Source: an uncultured Bifidobacterium sp. (GTDB taxonomy: Bacteria > Actinomycetota > Acidimicrobiia > Acidimicrobiales > Ilumatobacteraceae). Taken from it: a stretch of 64,000 nucleotides of DNA. Below, piece after piece: positions 9,460 to 17,943 of this stretch (the first letter of the stretch is position 1; every line of letters begins with the position of its first letter). The notes beneath the pieces were generated by a model. It did no database searches. It worked only from the letters and a program-made list of their open reading frames with translations, and was not told where the DNA came from. The DNA is taken from NCBI GenBank assembly GCA_964653385.1, contig CAZZFB010000001.1, positions 3,523 to 67,522 of the forward strand, in the 5' to 3' direction. Both the position numbers and the translations under genes were made by a program.

Positions 9460-9535
9460 GCGGACGTGGCTCAGTTGGTAGAGCATCACCTTGCCAAGGT
9501 GAGGGTCGCGAGTTCGAATCTCGTCGTCCGCTCCA
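9460..9535 (+). tRNA. tRNA-Gly (anticodon GCC), CCA encoded
   Basis: Acceptor GCGGACG/CGTCCGC, D-loop GCTCAGTTGGTAGAGC, anticodon stem TCACC/GGTGA with loop TTGCCAA, T-arm GGTCGCGAGTTCGAATCTCG, then TCCA. Confidence 0.95.
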
Positions 9536-9538
9536 TCC

Positions 9539-9564
9539 GAAAGGCGCCCTCAGGGGCGCCTTTC
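9539..9564. terminator. GC-rich hairpin between tRNA-Gly and a convergent ORF (possible bidirectional terminator)
   Basis: Perfect 11-bp stem GAAAGGCGCCC / GGGCGCCTTTC with loop TCAG. Only a short T run follows. Confidence 0.55.
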
Positions 9565-9605
9565 GTGCGTCACGGTCGCGAAGGCGGTGCCGGCCGCGGA
9601 GGGCG

Positions 9606-9869
9606 TCAGCGGGGGTGGGTGACCCGGGACTCCTCGATGTGGCGGTCCACGATGCGCAGCCTCGCCACGCCCGTGGCGCCGTCGCGCGCGCGGGTCACGT
9701 TCGCCAGGTGCGTCCACCCCTCGGGATGGTCCGCGGTCTCGTGGGTGATGCGCACAACCCTGTAGCTGGTGTACGTCTCGCCGGCCTGTGACACATCGGC
9801 AAACACGGGGTCCTCGAGGAAGTCCTCAACGCGGGTCAGCTCGGAGAGGAGCACGAACGATTCGTCCAT
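9606..9869 (-). CDS. Small hypothetical protein (87 aa)
   Basis: Internal start MDESFVLLSEL of track ORF 9606..10082. It lies 28 nt downstream of the LuxR-type gene on the same strand. Confidence 0.45.
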   Translation of the reverse strand: MDESFVLLSELTRVEDFLEDPVFADVSQAGETYTSYRVVRITHETADHPEGWTHLANVTRARDGATGVARLRIVDRHIEESRVTHPR

Positions 9870-9897
9870 GGGGTGCTGACTTTCGACTGACCGGAGG

Positions 9898-10533
9898 TCA
9901 GGCGAAGTCCGGGATCTTCCAGCCGGTGACCTGGAGGATCGCGAGCTGGGTCCGGTGGGAGAGTTCGTTCGACGTGAGGAGGGCCTCCACCCGGTTGCGA
10001 ACTGTCTGGAGGGGGAGCGACAGCGTCTCGGCGATGTCACTGTCGGTGAGGCCGCTGGCGATGAGGTCGGCCACGTCCGCATCGAGCGGGGTCGGGTACG
10101 TCAGCTCGCGGGCGAGGAGCCCCGGTTCGAGGTCGAGTCTGGCGAGGGACGGGTGGTCGTAGAGGGACACGTGACCGGCGGCGACACCGGACAGGTGGGT
10201 GGAGACGGCGTCCACGTGCTGGTCGGCGTCCACCACGCCCTCGTACCCGTACTGCAGGGCGCGCACGACCTGCACGCGCGACGGGGAGGGAGCCGCGACG
10301 ACGTACGAGGTCGTGGCGGCGGTGTCCAGGCAGGAACGGATCATCCTGGCCAGGTTGAACCAGTCGACGGGGAACATGAATATGTCCACCGGTCCGCTCT
10401 TCAGTGCGTCGACCGCGTGCCGTCCGGTCTCGGCGACATCCACCACCTGCACCGTGCCGGTGGAGGGGAGACCCCCGACGAGGCCGTCAAGGGGGGACTG
10501 GGGGCTGTTCCCGATGACCACTCGCAGCATCAT
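9898..10533 (-). CDS. LuxR/FixJ-family transcriptional regulator with degenerate (pseudo-)receiver domain
   Basis: C-terminal HTH LTDSDIAETLSLPLQTVRNRVEALL...L.SHRTQLA. The N-domain has a receiver-like layout but lacks the acidic pocket (RVVIGNSPQ instead of DD, VDIFMFPVDW at the phospho-acceptor position). ATG 10533 is adjacent to GGAGGA. Alternative start at 10548. Confidence 0.7.
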   Translation of the reverse strand: MMLRVVIGNSPQSPLDGLVGGLPSTGTVQVVDVAETGRHAVDALKSGPVDIFMFPVDWFNLARMIRSCLDTAATTSYVVAAPSPSRVQVVRALQYGYEGVVDADQHVDAVSTHLSGVAAGHVSLYDHPSLARLDLEPGLLARELTYPTPLDADVADLIASGLTDSDIAETLSLPLQTVRNRVEALLTSNELSHRTQLAILQVTGWKIPDFA

Positions 10534-10657
10534 TCCTCCGGTCGTCATCCGTTGCCCCGGGTTCGGAGCACGTTCACTAGGAGCGTAACCCCAGCGACGG
10601 TCGGCATCAGTGACCACGGCATGCGAGGTAGGGACGTCCCCGAGTAGGTTCGCGGCC

Positions 10658-11596
10658 ATGAGCGTGCAGTTCGGTATCCATCTCGGCCCGCAGAACGCCT
10701 CGGTGGCGGACCTCCGTGCACTGTGGCGCTGGTTCGACTCTGCCGGCATGGACTGGATCTCGCTGTGGGACCACATCTACGAGGCGCCGCCCGCCGGCGG
10801 CACACAACCTCATTTCGAGGCGTTCTCGATGCTCGGTGCGCTCGCCGCAGACACCGAGCGCGCGCGCATCGGGTGCCTGGTCTTCTGCTCCCAGTACCGC
10901 AACATCGGTGTCCTCGCCAAGGGTGTCATCTCCGTCGACCACATCTCCGGCGGCCGGTTCGAGATGGGGCTCGGCAGCGGCTGGCACGACCAGGAGGCGA
11001 AGGCATTCGGGCTCGACTGGCCCTCGCAGGGTGGGCGTTTCAAGGTGATGGAGTCGCAGCTGCAGGCACTCACGAAGTGGCGGGCAGGGGAACGCGTCAC
11101 GCAGTCATCCCCCGGGGTCGAGCTGTCCGATGCCGCGATGGTGCCCGGACCGATGGGCCGCATGCCGATCTGGATCGGCGGGGTCGGCCGCGAGAAGACG
11201 CTCCGGATGGCCGGCCGGTACGCGGACGGGTGGAACGCCGCGTACGTGCCACCCGCGGAGTACCGCGAGCTGAACGGCATCCTCGATGACTGGTGCGAGA
11301 AGGCGGGGCGCGACCCCTCCTCGGTGGAGCGCTCCATCAACCTGTCGTACGGGCTCAGCACCGACGACGTGTCCGTGGTGAAGGACCGCCTGCACAGCCA
11401 GTGGGGCGCGGGGGCGGAGCGCATCATCGCCGGTTCGTTGCTGGGCCGGCCCGGGGACGTGATGGAGCAGGTCGCGGCGTTCGTGGATGCCGGTGCGCAG
11501 CTCATCAACATCGCCATCAGGCCGCCGTGGGACCGCGAGGTGCTGGCCGAGTACGTGGAGACGGTCGTCCCGGCCATGCGGAGGGAATGGCCGTAG
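10658..11596 (+). CDS. LLM-class (luciferase-like) flavin/F420-dependent oxidoreductase
   Basis: MSVQFGIHLGPQ...WDHIY...FEAFSMLGALAADTERARIGCLV...GGRFEMGLGSGW, a typical luciferase-like monooxygenase fold pattern. Confidence 0.8.
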   Translation: MSVQFGIHLGPQNASVADLRALWRWFDSAGMDWISLWDHIYEAPPAGGTQPHFEAFSMLGALAADTERARIGCLVFCSQYRNIGVLAKGVISVDHISGGRFEMGLGSGWHDQEAKAFGLDWPSQGGRFKVMESQLQALTKWRAGERVTQSSPGVELSDAAMVPGPMGRMPIWIGGVGREKTLRMAGRYADGWNAAYVPPAEYRELNGILDDWCEKAGRDPSSVERSINLSYGLSTDDVSVVKDRLHSQWGAGAERIIAGSLLGRPGDVMEQVAAFVDAGAQLINIAIRPPWDREVLAEYVETVVPAMRREWP

Positions 11597-11606
11597 GCTC
11601 GCCCGC

Positions 11607-12356
11607 ATGAAGATCGGCGTTCAGCTCCATCCCCAGGCGACATCACTCAACGACATCCGGGCGGCCTGGCGTGCCGCCGATGCGATGGGGGTCGACTCCA
11701 TCTGGGTGTGGGACCACTTCTACCCGCTCTACGGCGACCCGGACGCAGCCCACTTCGAGGCGTACACGCTGCTCGCCGCCATGGCCGCGGACACCTGCCA
11801 CGCGCAGATCGGTGCGCTCGTCACCTGCTACTCGTACCGCAACGCGCAGCTGCTCGCTGACATGTCACGCACCATCGACCACATCTCGAACGGCCGCTTC
11901 GTGCTCGGCATCGGGTCGGGCTGGTTCGAGCGCGACTACAACGAGTACGGGTACGAGTTCGGCACCGCCCCGGGGCGCCTCAGGCTCCTCGGCGAGGGAG
12001 TCCCCGTCATCAAGGAGCGGCTGTCGAAGCTGAACCCGGGACCCGTCAACGGCTCGATCCCGCTGATGATCGGCGGCAGCGGCGAGAAGGTCACGCTGAA
12101 GCTGACCGCCCAGCACGCGGACATGCACAACACGTTCGGGCCGGTCGACCACTTCCGCGGGAAGATGGAGGTGCTCGACAGGTGGTGCGCCGAGCTGGGC
12201 CGTGACCCGCGGTCGATCGAGCGCACCGTTGCCACGCGACCGGAGGATCTCGTCAACCTCTCCGCGTACGAGGACGCCGGCGCCGACCACGTCATCGTGA
12301 TGACGGGCCACCCGTTCGACCTGTCGGCGGTGGAGAAGGTGCTCGGCTCGCGCTGA
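11607..12356 (+). CDS. LLM-class flavin/F420-dependent oxidoreductase (paralog of the preceding gene)
   Basis: MKIGVQLHPQ...WVWDHFYPLYGDP...FEAYTLLAAMAADT...NGRFVLGIGSGWFERDY. It starts 10 nt after the preceding stop. Confidence 0.8.
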   Translation: MKIGVQLHPQATSLNDIRAAWRAADAMGVDSIWVWDHFYPLYGDPDAAHFEAYTLLAAMAADTCHAQIGALVTCYSYRNAQLLADMSRTIDHISNGRFVLGIGSGWFERDYNEYGYEFGTAPGRLRLLGEGVPVIKERLSKLNPGPVNGSIPLMIGGSGEKVTLKLTAQHADMHNTFGPVDHFRGKMEVLDRWCAELGRDPRSIERTVATRPEDLVNLSAYEDAGADHVIVMTGHPFDLSAVEKVLGSR

Positions 12357-12360
12357 ATCC

Positions 12361-13236
12361 TCAGCGCAGCGCGCCGCGGTTGAACTCCACGTCGCCCGCT
12401 CCGAACGAGGACGCGCCGGCGGAGCCGGCCAGGTAGTCCGCCGGGCTGCGGACGTCGTCCACGTACCCGAGCGCGTACGAACCCATCGCATAGCCGACCA
12501 GTCTCTGCAGCTCCTTCGGGAGCGTCCGTGCGACGTCCGGCGGCACGGAGAGGTACTGGTTCTCCTCCTGGCGCAGCCAGCCGAGCACGTAGTCGATGTT
12601 CAGCCCGGTGCGCACCGCACCGCTGCGGTTCTCGCCTCCGCCGTGGATCGTGCGCCCTGTGTAGAGAACGACGGAGCCCTTCGGCATCTCCGCCTGGACC
12701 ACGCGGTGCTCGTGGGCGAGGGAGTCGTTGCTCTCAGTGTGGCTGCCCGGGATGACCCGGGTCGCGCCGTTCTCCGCGGTGAAGTCGTGCATCGCCCAGA
12801 TCGTGGAGACCTCCACATCGATGTCCTCCGGGAAGGGGAACGAGTCGAAGCACCACTGGTCGCGGTGCAGCGGCTGCCTCGCGGAACCGGGCCCGATGGA
12901 GATCAGCTGGGTGAGGTGGAGCTGGAAGGACGTCTTCTTCGGCCACAGGACGCTCTCGCAGACGCCGAGCACGAGCGGGTGGGCGACGAACCCCCACGAC
13001 GCGCGCGAGCGGGCGACGAGGGCGCCCGTGCGCTTCGTCAGCAGCCCGGAGAAAGGGTCGGCCCCGTTCGGGGTGGCGTCGACCCACGGCGCCATGTCGG
13101 CCATGAGCTCGTCCACCGACTCCTCCGGCATGAGCCGCTCGACCACTGCGCACCCCGCGGTGCGGAGCGCCGCCGAGACCTCCTCGACGGTCGCGTCGTT
13201 GCCGAACCTGGGCATTTCCGTGACGGGAGCATCCAT
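12361..13236 (-). CDS. Phytanoyl-CoA dioxygenase (PhyH)-family Fe(II)/2OG oxygenase
   Basis: C-terminal 291 aa of track ORF 12361..14592, starting MDAPVTEMPRF. Contains QPLHRDQ (H-x-D), ENGATRVIPGSH and HGGGENRS. Confidence 0.75.
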   Translation of the reverse strand: MDAPVTEMPRFGNDATVEEVSAALRTAGCAVVERLMPEESVDELMADMAPWVDATPNGADPFSGLLTKRTGALVARSRASWGFVAHPLVLGVCESVLWPKKTSFQLHLTQLISIGPGSARQPLHRDQWCFDSFPFPEDIDVEVSTIWAMHDFTAENGATRVIPGSHTESNDSLAHEHRVVQAEMPKGSVVLYTGRTIHGGGENRSGAVRTGLNIDYVLGWLRQEENQYLSVPPDVARTLPKELQRLVGYAMGSYALGYVDDVRSPADYLAGSAGASSFGAGDVEFNRGALR

Positions 13237-13344
13237 GCGCGCAAGGTAGCACCGGCCGCGCGGGGGCCGCGCCGCGGGTGGGTGTCCGCATGACTCGCGG
13301 CGCAGGCACTGGGCTACCGTTCGGCAGGAGCAACGGGGGGATCC

Positions 13345-14160
13345 ATGGACCTGAGGACGGTGCTGTACGCGGTGGCGGACGGCGTGGCGACGGTGACGCT
13401 GAACAGGCCGGAGGCGATGAACGCCTGGACGCCGCAGCTGAGCGACGAACTGACGATGGCGCTCGGGGCGGCGGACACGGACGACTCGGTCCGCGCGATC
13501 GTCATCACGGGAGCGGGCAAGGCCTTCTGTGCCGGTGCAGACCTGAGCGGGGGCGAGGAGGGTTTCCGCGGCGGCGAGGCGAGCACCTACGACGGCCCGC
13601 GACGCTGGCCGCACCACACGTCGAAGCCCGTGATCGCCGCCATCAACGGCCATGCGGTCGGGGTGGGGATCACCTACCCGATGCTCGCCGACATCCGCAT
13701 CGCGAGCGAGACGGCGAAGATCCAGTACGCGATGGTCCGCCGCGGCATCCTTCCGGAGCTGGGCTCGCACGTGATCCTCCCGCGCATCATCGGTTTCTCG
13801 AGGGCCGCGGAACTGCTCCTCACCGGGCGGATGCTCTCGGGGGCGGAGGCTGCCGAGCTCGGGCTCGTGTCCCGCGCCGTGCCGGCGGAGGAGGTGCTCC
13901 CCGCGGCCATGGAGATCGCCCGCGACATCGCTCAGAACACTGCCCCGGTCTCCGTTGCTCTCGCCAAGCGGATGATGTGGGAGGGCCTCAACGCGGGTGT
14001 CGACGAGATGATCGCCGCCGAGGGGCGCATCATCAACAGGCTTGCCGCGTCGCCGGACTCGGTGGAGGGCGTCCGTGCGTTCTTCGAGAAGCGGACGCCT
14101 CAGTGGTCGATGTCGGTCAACGACGATGCCCCCGTCTACCGCGCTCTCGGGAAGGGCTAG
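13345..14160 (+). CDS. Enoyl-CoA hydratase/isomerase (crotonase family)
   Basis: VATVTLNRPEAMNAW and ITGAGKAFCAGADL, the oxyanion-hole motifs. Confidence 0.9.
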   Translation: MDLRTVLYAVADGVATVTLNRPEAMNAWTPQLSDELTMALGAADTDDSVRAIVITGAGKAFCAGADLSGGEEGFRGGEASTYDGPRRWPHHTSKPVIAAINGHAVGVGITYPMLADIRIASETAKIQYAMVRRGILPELGSHVILPRIIGFSRAAELLLTGRMLSGAEAAELGLVSRAVPAEEVLPAAMEIARDIAQNTAPVSVALAKRMMWEGLNAGVDEMIAAEGRIINRLAASPDSVEGVRAFFEKRTPQWSMSVNDDAPVYRALGKG

Positions 14161-14169
14161 GGTGCGGCC

Positions 14170-14946
14170 ATGCCGACCGCAGAACTGAACGGGACCACCA
14201 TCTACTTCGAGGACACCGGAGGCAAGGGCCCCGCGTTGATCCTCAGCCACGGTTTCCTCATGGACCACACGATGTTCGACGCCCAGGTCGCCGCCTTGCG
14301 CGCGACCCACCGCGTGGTCACGTGGGACGAGCGCGGCTTCGGCGGCACCCACGCGCCCGGCGATTTCACCTACTGGGACTCCGCGAACGACGTGCTGGCC
14401 CTGATGGACCACCTCGGCATCGAGAAGGCCGTGGTCGGCGGGATGTCCCAGGGCGGGTTCCTGTCCCTGCGCGTGGCGCTCACCGCACCCGAGCGGGTGG
14501 AGGCCCTCATCCTGCTCGACACCCAGTCCGGCACCGAGGCCCCCGAGACGGTCGAGCCGTACAACCAGCTGCACGCCGCCTGGGTTGAGCACGGCTCAGT
14601 CGCCGTGCAGGACGTGATCGCCGGCATCATCCTCGGCCCGGGGGAGTGGCCCGAGTGGTTCGCCAAGTGGGCGGCACTCCAGCCCGACCAGTTCACGAGG
14701 GCGTTCAACTGCCTGATGCACCGCGACGACATCACCGGTCGCCTGGGGGAGATCTCCTGCCCGGCGCTCATCGTCCACGGCACCGCCGACGTGGCCATCC
14801 CCATGGCAAAGGCAGAGGTGCTGCGGGACGGGATTTCCGGGCCCACCACGCTGGTGCCGGTGGAGGGCGGGCCCCATGCCGCCAACATCACGCACGCGGA
14901 CGAGGTCAACAGGGCGATCGTCCGGTTCTTGACGGCGCTCTCCTGA
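14170..14946 (+). CDS. Alpha/beta-fold hydrolase
   Basis: HGFLMD, nucleophile elbow GMSQGG and a late HG..D...P motif. 258 aa. Confidence 0.85.
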   Translation: MPTAELNGTTIYFEDTGGKGPALILSHGFLMDHTMFDAQVAALRATHRVVTWDERGFGGTHAPGDFTYWDSANDVLALMDHLGIEKAVVGGMSQGGFLSLRVALTAPERVEALILLDTQSGTEAPETVEPYNQLHAAWVEHGSVAVQDVIAGIILGPGEWPEWFAKWAALQPDQFTRAFNCLMHRDDITGRLGEISCPALIVHGTADVAIPMAKAEVLRDGISGPTTLVPVEGGPHAANITHADEVNRAIVRFLTALS

Positions 14947-14992
14947 CTGCGAAAATGGGCCACGCGCCACCGTGGCGCGACTGGGGGACACC

Positions 14993-16204
14993 ATGCCGTT
15001 GGAACTTGACTTTGGACCGGCCGCGGAGGCCTTCCGCACCGAGGTGCGCGAGTGGCTGGAGGCGAACAAGCCTGCCGACCTGGTGGGCGTCAACGCCGAC
15101 GAGGCACAGCGCGGTCAGCACCCGGGCCTGAGCGCCTGGGCGAAGAAGCTGACTGAGGCCGGTTACATGTGCGTCGGCTGGCCGAAGGAGTACGGCGGCC
15201 GCGGCCTGACCGGCGTGGAAGTGGCGGTGCTGAACGAGGAGTTCGCCCGCGCGAACGTTCCGCGCATCACCCGCGGCATGGGCGAGTGGCTCGTGGGCCC
15301 CTCCATCATCGTGTGGGGCACCGAGGAGCAGAAGCGCCGCTTCCTTCCGCGCATCGTGGACGGCACCGACCGTTACTGCCAGGGCTTCTCGGAGCCGGAC
15401 GCCGGTTCCGACCTCGCGTCACTGAAGACGCGCGGCGTCATCGACGGTGACGAGGTCGTCATCACCGGCCAGAAGGTGTGGACCTCCGGCGCGACCGAGG
15501 CGAACATGATGTTCTGTCTCGCGCGCACGGACCTGGATGCCCCGAAGCACGCCGGCATCTCGTACGTGCTGCTCCCCATGTTCAAGGAGGACAAGTCCTC
15601 CAACGGCATCGAGCTGCGCCCGATCCGCCAGCCGCACGGTGCCTCGCACTTCACCGAGACGTTCCTCACGGAGTCACGCGCGCCGGTCGACAACATCATC
15701 GGCGGCATGAACAACGGGTGGCGCGTCACCATGACCACGCTCGGCAACGAGCGCGGCGGCAACGCCACCACACAGCACGTGGAGTTCACGAAGCAGTTCT
15801 GGGCCGCGGTGAAGATGCTGCAGGCCTCCGGCAAGGCCAAGGACCCGATCATCCGCCAGGAGCTGGCCTGGGCCTACAGCCACGTGGAGATCATGCGCTT
15901 CAACGGCCTGAAGGTGCTGTCCGAGGTCATCGCCCGCAAGGAGCCCGGCCCGGGTGCCTCGGTGAACAAGATGTTCTGGTCCGAGTACGCCCAGAAGTTC
16001 TCCGAGCGGATGATGAACGCCCGCGGCGCCGACGCCATGCTGGCCATCAACGAGCCGGGCCAGCCGTTCGCGGTGGACCGGTGGACGTCGATGTTCTTCC
16101 AGCACAGGTCCTCCACGATCTGGGGCGGCACCGCACAGGTGCAACGCAACATCGTGGGCGAGAGGGTGCTCGGGCTCCCGAAGGAGCCGGGCCAGAAGGG
16201 CTGA
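14993..16204 (+). CDS. Acyl-CoA dehydrogenase
   Basis: YCQGFSEPDAGSDLASL, ITGQKVWTSGA and C-terminal IWGGTAQVQRNIVGERVLGLP. ATG 14993 follows GGGGGACA, whereas the track start is GTG 14972. Confidence 0.85.
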   Translation: MPLELDFGPAAEAFRTEVREWLEANKPADLVGVNADEAQRGQHPGLSAWAKKLTEAGYMCVGWPKEYGGRGLTGVEVAVLNEEFARANVPRITRGMGEWLVGPSIIVWGTEEQKRRFLPRIVDGTDRYCQGFSEPDAGSDLASLKTRGVIDGDEVVITGQKVWTSGATEANMMFCLARTDLDAPKHAGISYVLLPMFKEDKSSNGIELRPIRQPHGASHFTETFLTESRAPVDNIIGGMNNGWRVTMTTLGNERGGNATTQHVEFTKQFWAAVKMLQASGKAKDPIIRQELAWAYSHVEIMRFNGLKVLSEVIARKEPGPGASVNKMFWSEYAQKFSERMMNARGADAMLAINEPGQPFAVDRWTSMFFQHRSSTIWGGTAQVQRNIVGERVLGLPKEPGQKG

Positions 16205-16234
16205 CCCGGCCCCTTGGGGGCCACCCTGCGGGGC

Positions 16235-16936
16235 TCAGCTCTTGTCTTCGCCGTCCTTGCCGGTCTCGAAGAAGTCCTTCGCGTCTGCGTCCATGCCGCG
16301 GCGCTTCTTGTCGCGGAAGTTGGACGTGGCCCGGGACATGCTCGCCATGGCCGCCCGCGAGCTGCGGCCCGTGGCCTGCCACGCAGACGTGGAGCCCTGG
16401 TCGTAGCCGAACCGGGCGGCGTCGGCGTAGGCATCGAGCCCGGCCGAGAGGAAGACGAACTGCCAGCCGTCGGCCGTGCGCTCCGCGATGAGCTGGCGCA
16501 CCTTCTCGAGCGTGTACTCGCGGCTCTGGTTCTCCTCGCCGTCGGTCACGGTGACGAAGACGATGTCGTCCTTGCGCAGGCCGGTGGCCTCGCGTGCCCC
16601 CTGGTCCACCATGACCCGGCCGATGGCCAGACCGGTGGCGTCGAGGAGGGGAGTGCCGCCGCGGGGCACGTAGGACGTGCGGTCGAGTGCGACCGCCTCC
16701 GTGATCGGGGCCCCCCAGACGACCACCTCCTGCGGGTCCTGGGAGTCGAACAGGATGATGCTGACGCGGGCGTCGGGCCCGTTCGCCTGCTGGTCGGCGA
16801 GGAAGGTGTTGAACCCCCCGATGACGTCGTTGACGATCGAGGACATGGAGCCGGACCTGTCGAGCAGCACCACGATGTGGGTGCCGTTCGGGCGGGCCTG
16901 CTGCTGGTTGTCGTTGGTGGACGGGTTGTTGGTCAT
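16235..16936 (-). CDS. Small von Willebrand factor A (vWA) domain protein
   Basis: MIDAS motif VVLLDRSGSM and later TDGEEN. 233 aa with a charged C-terminal tail. RBS GAAAGG. Confidence 0.8.
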   Translation of the reverse strand: MTNNPSTNDNQQQARPNGTHIVVLLDRSGSMSSIVNDVIGGFNTFLADQQANGPDARVSIILFDSQDPQEVVVWGAPITEAVALDRTSYVPRGGTPLLDATGLAIGRVMVDQGAREATGLRKDDIVFVTVTDGEENQSREYTLEKVRQLIAERTADGWQFVFLSAGLDAYADAARFGYDQGSTSAWQATGRSSRAAMASMSRATSNFRDKKRRGMDADAKDFFETGKDGEDKS

Positions 16937-16956
16937 TGTGTGCCTTTCGTGATCTC

Positions 16957-16975
16957 AATCCCGACCGTCGGGATT
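16957..16975. promoter_or_regulatory. 19-bp perfect palindrome between the Nudix-regulator gene and the vWA gene
   Basis: AATCCCGAC-C-GTCGGGATT, with imperfect extension CTCAAT.../...ATTTGAG. It lies 31 nt after the Nudix stop and 20 nt before the vWA start. No U-tract follows on the transcribed strand. Confidence 0.45.
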
Positions 16976-17006
16976 TGAGTAAAGGTCACTATAACCAGAG
17001 GGTGTG

Positions 17007-17747
17007 TCAGTCCCTCCGCGGGGCTGAGCGGAACCGGATCGGCGGGGAGATCTCCCGTGCCCGGCCTGCCTTGTAGAGCATCGGCGGGCGACCGGGGCTG
17101 GGCTGGTCGGAAGTGATGATCCCGAGCGGCTGGATGAAGTTCTTGGTGAGCTCCACCTTGCGGCGGAAGTTGGCCGGGTCGACCTCGTCCTGGAGGAACG
17201 CCTCGTAGACCATCCGCAGGTCGGACATGGTGAACTTCGGCTGGCAGAAGCTGACCGCGATCGGGGTGTCCTCGAGCATCTGGAAGGCCTTGGCCCTGGC
17301 GTCGCTGATGATCCGGTGGTGGTCGAACTCGAGCACCCGGGAGGACTGGAGCTGGCGGTAGGGAACGAACTTGGCCTCCACCGAGTGCTTGATCGGGGCT
17401 ATCTCGCCGGGATGGGGCAGGAGGGCGAGGTAGGCGATCGAAAAGGCCCGCCAACGGCTGTCCCTGTCGGGGTCCCCGTAGGCACCCACCTGGTGGAGAT
17501 CCTTGTGGCGCAGGGTTATGCCAGTCTCCTCGTGCACTTTCCGCAGGGCGGTGTCTTCCAGGGGTTCCTTCTCCTTGACGGCCCCTCCGGGAAGTGCCCA
17601 ACTCTTGGAGGGGGCATCAGGACGGCGCATCACCAACACCTCGAGGCGGTCCTTGGCGGCCAGGTTCCTGTCCGGGTTCACGGTCAGCACGACCGTGTCG
17701 ACATAGACGTAGAAGTCCGACTGGATGGTTCGCTCATGCTTCGGCAT
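17007..17747 (-). CDS. NrtR-like regulator: Nudix domain fused to C-terminal winged-helix DNA-binding domain
   Basis: Nudix box GAVKEKEPLEDTALRKVHEETGI (RK replaces RE). The C-terminal stretch LEFDHHRII...FTMSDLRMVYEAFL...DPANFRRKV...GRPPMLY is characteristic of the NrtR wHTH. ATG 17747 follows GGAGG. Confidence 0.75.
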   Translation of the reverse strand: MPKHERTIQSDFYVYVDTVVLTVNPDRNLAAKDRLEVLVMRRPDAPSKSWALPGGAVKEKEPLEDTALRKVHEETGITLRHKDLHQVGAYGDPDRDSRWRAFSIAYLALLPHPGEIAPIKHSVEAKFVPYRQLQSSRVLEFDHHRIISDARAKAFQMLEDTPIAVSFCQPKFTMSDLRMVYEAFLQDEVDPANFRRKVELTKNFIQPLGIITSDQPSPGRPPMLYKAGRAREISPPIRFRSAPRRD

Positions 17748-17943
17748 GCCTCCAGTGTGCCACCACCGAGTGTCAGATTTGGGACAAAGGCTCCCATTCC
17801 GCTTGTCACAGTGCCCGGGCGGGGAGGGCCGGCCTGGGAACGGGGAATAAGTCCGGACCACCGTTAGTTGCACACACCCTGTCGTTATAGTCCGACCGTC
17901 CTAAACCCCCGGCCCCGGCCGGGCCGATCGCTCAAGGAGCCCA

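Noticed and set aside
9460-10533. tRNA-Gly (and likewise tRNA-Cys at 40280) as an integration site of a genomic island or prophage
   Set aside because: There is no integrase, recombinase, transposase or phage structural gene near either tRNA. I saw no duplicated tRNA 3'-end fragment by eye. An exhaustive repeat search was not possible.
12361-14592. 743-aa ORF read as one gene
   Set aside because: Only the C-terminal 291 aa (from MDAPVTEMPRF) look like a PhyH-family protein. The upstream part is antisense to the crotonase and alpha/beta-hydrolase genes and is low-complexity.
17891-17899. Shared 9-mer CCGACCGTC in the ARH promoter region (17891-17899) and in the 16957-16975 palindrome, as a common operator core
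   Set aside because: The same 9-mer also occurs inside the GMC coding region at 39-47, so chance occurrence in this GC-rich sequence cannot be excluded. The copy at 17891 is not palindromic.
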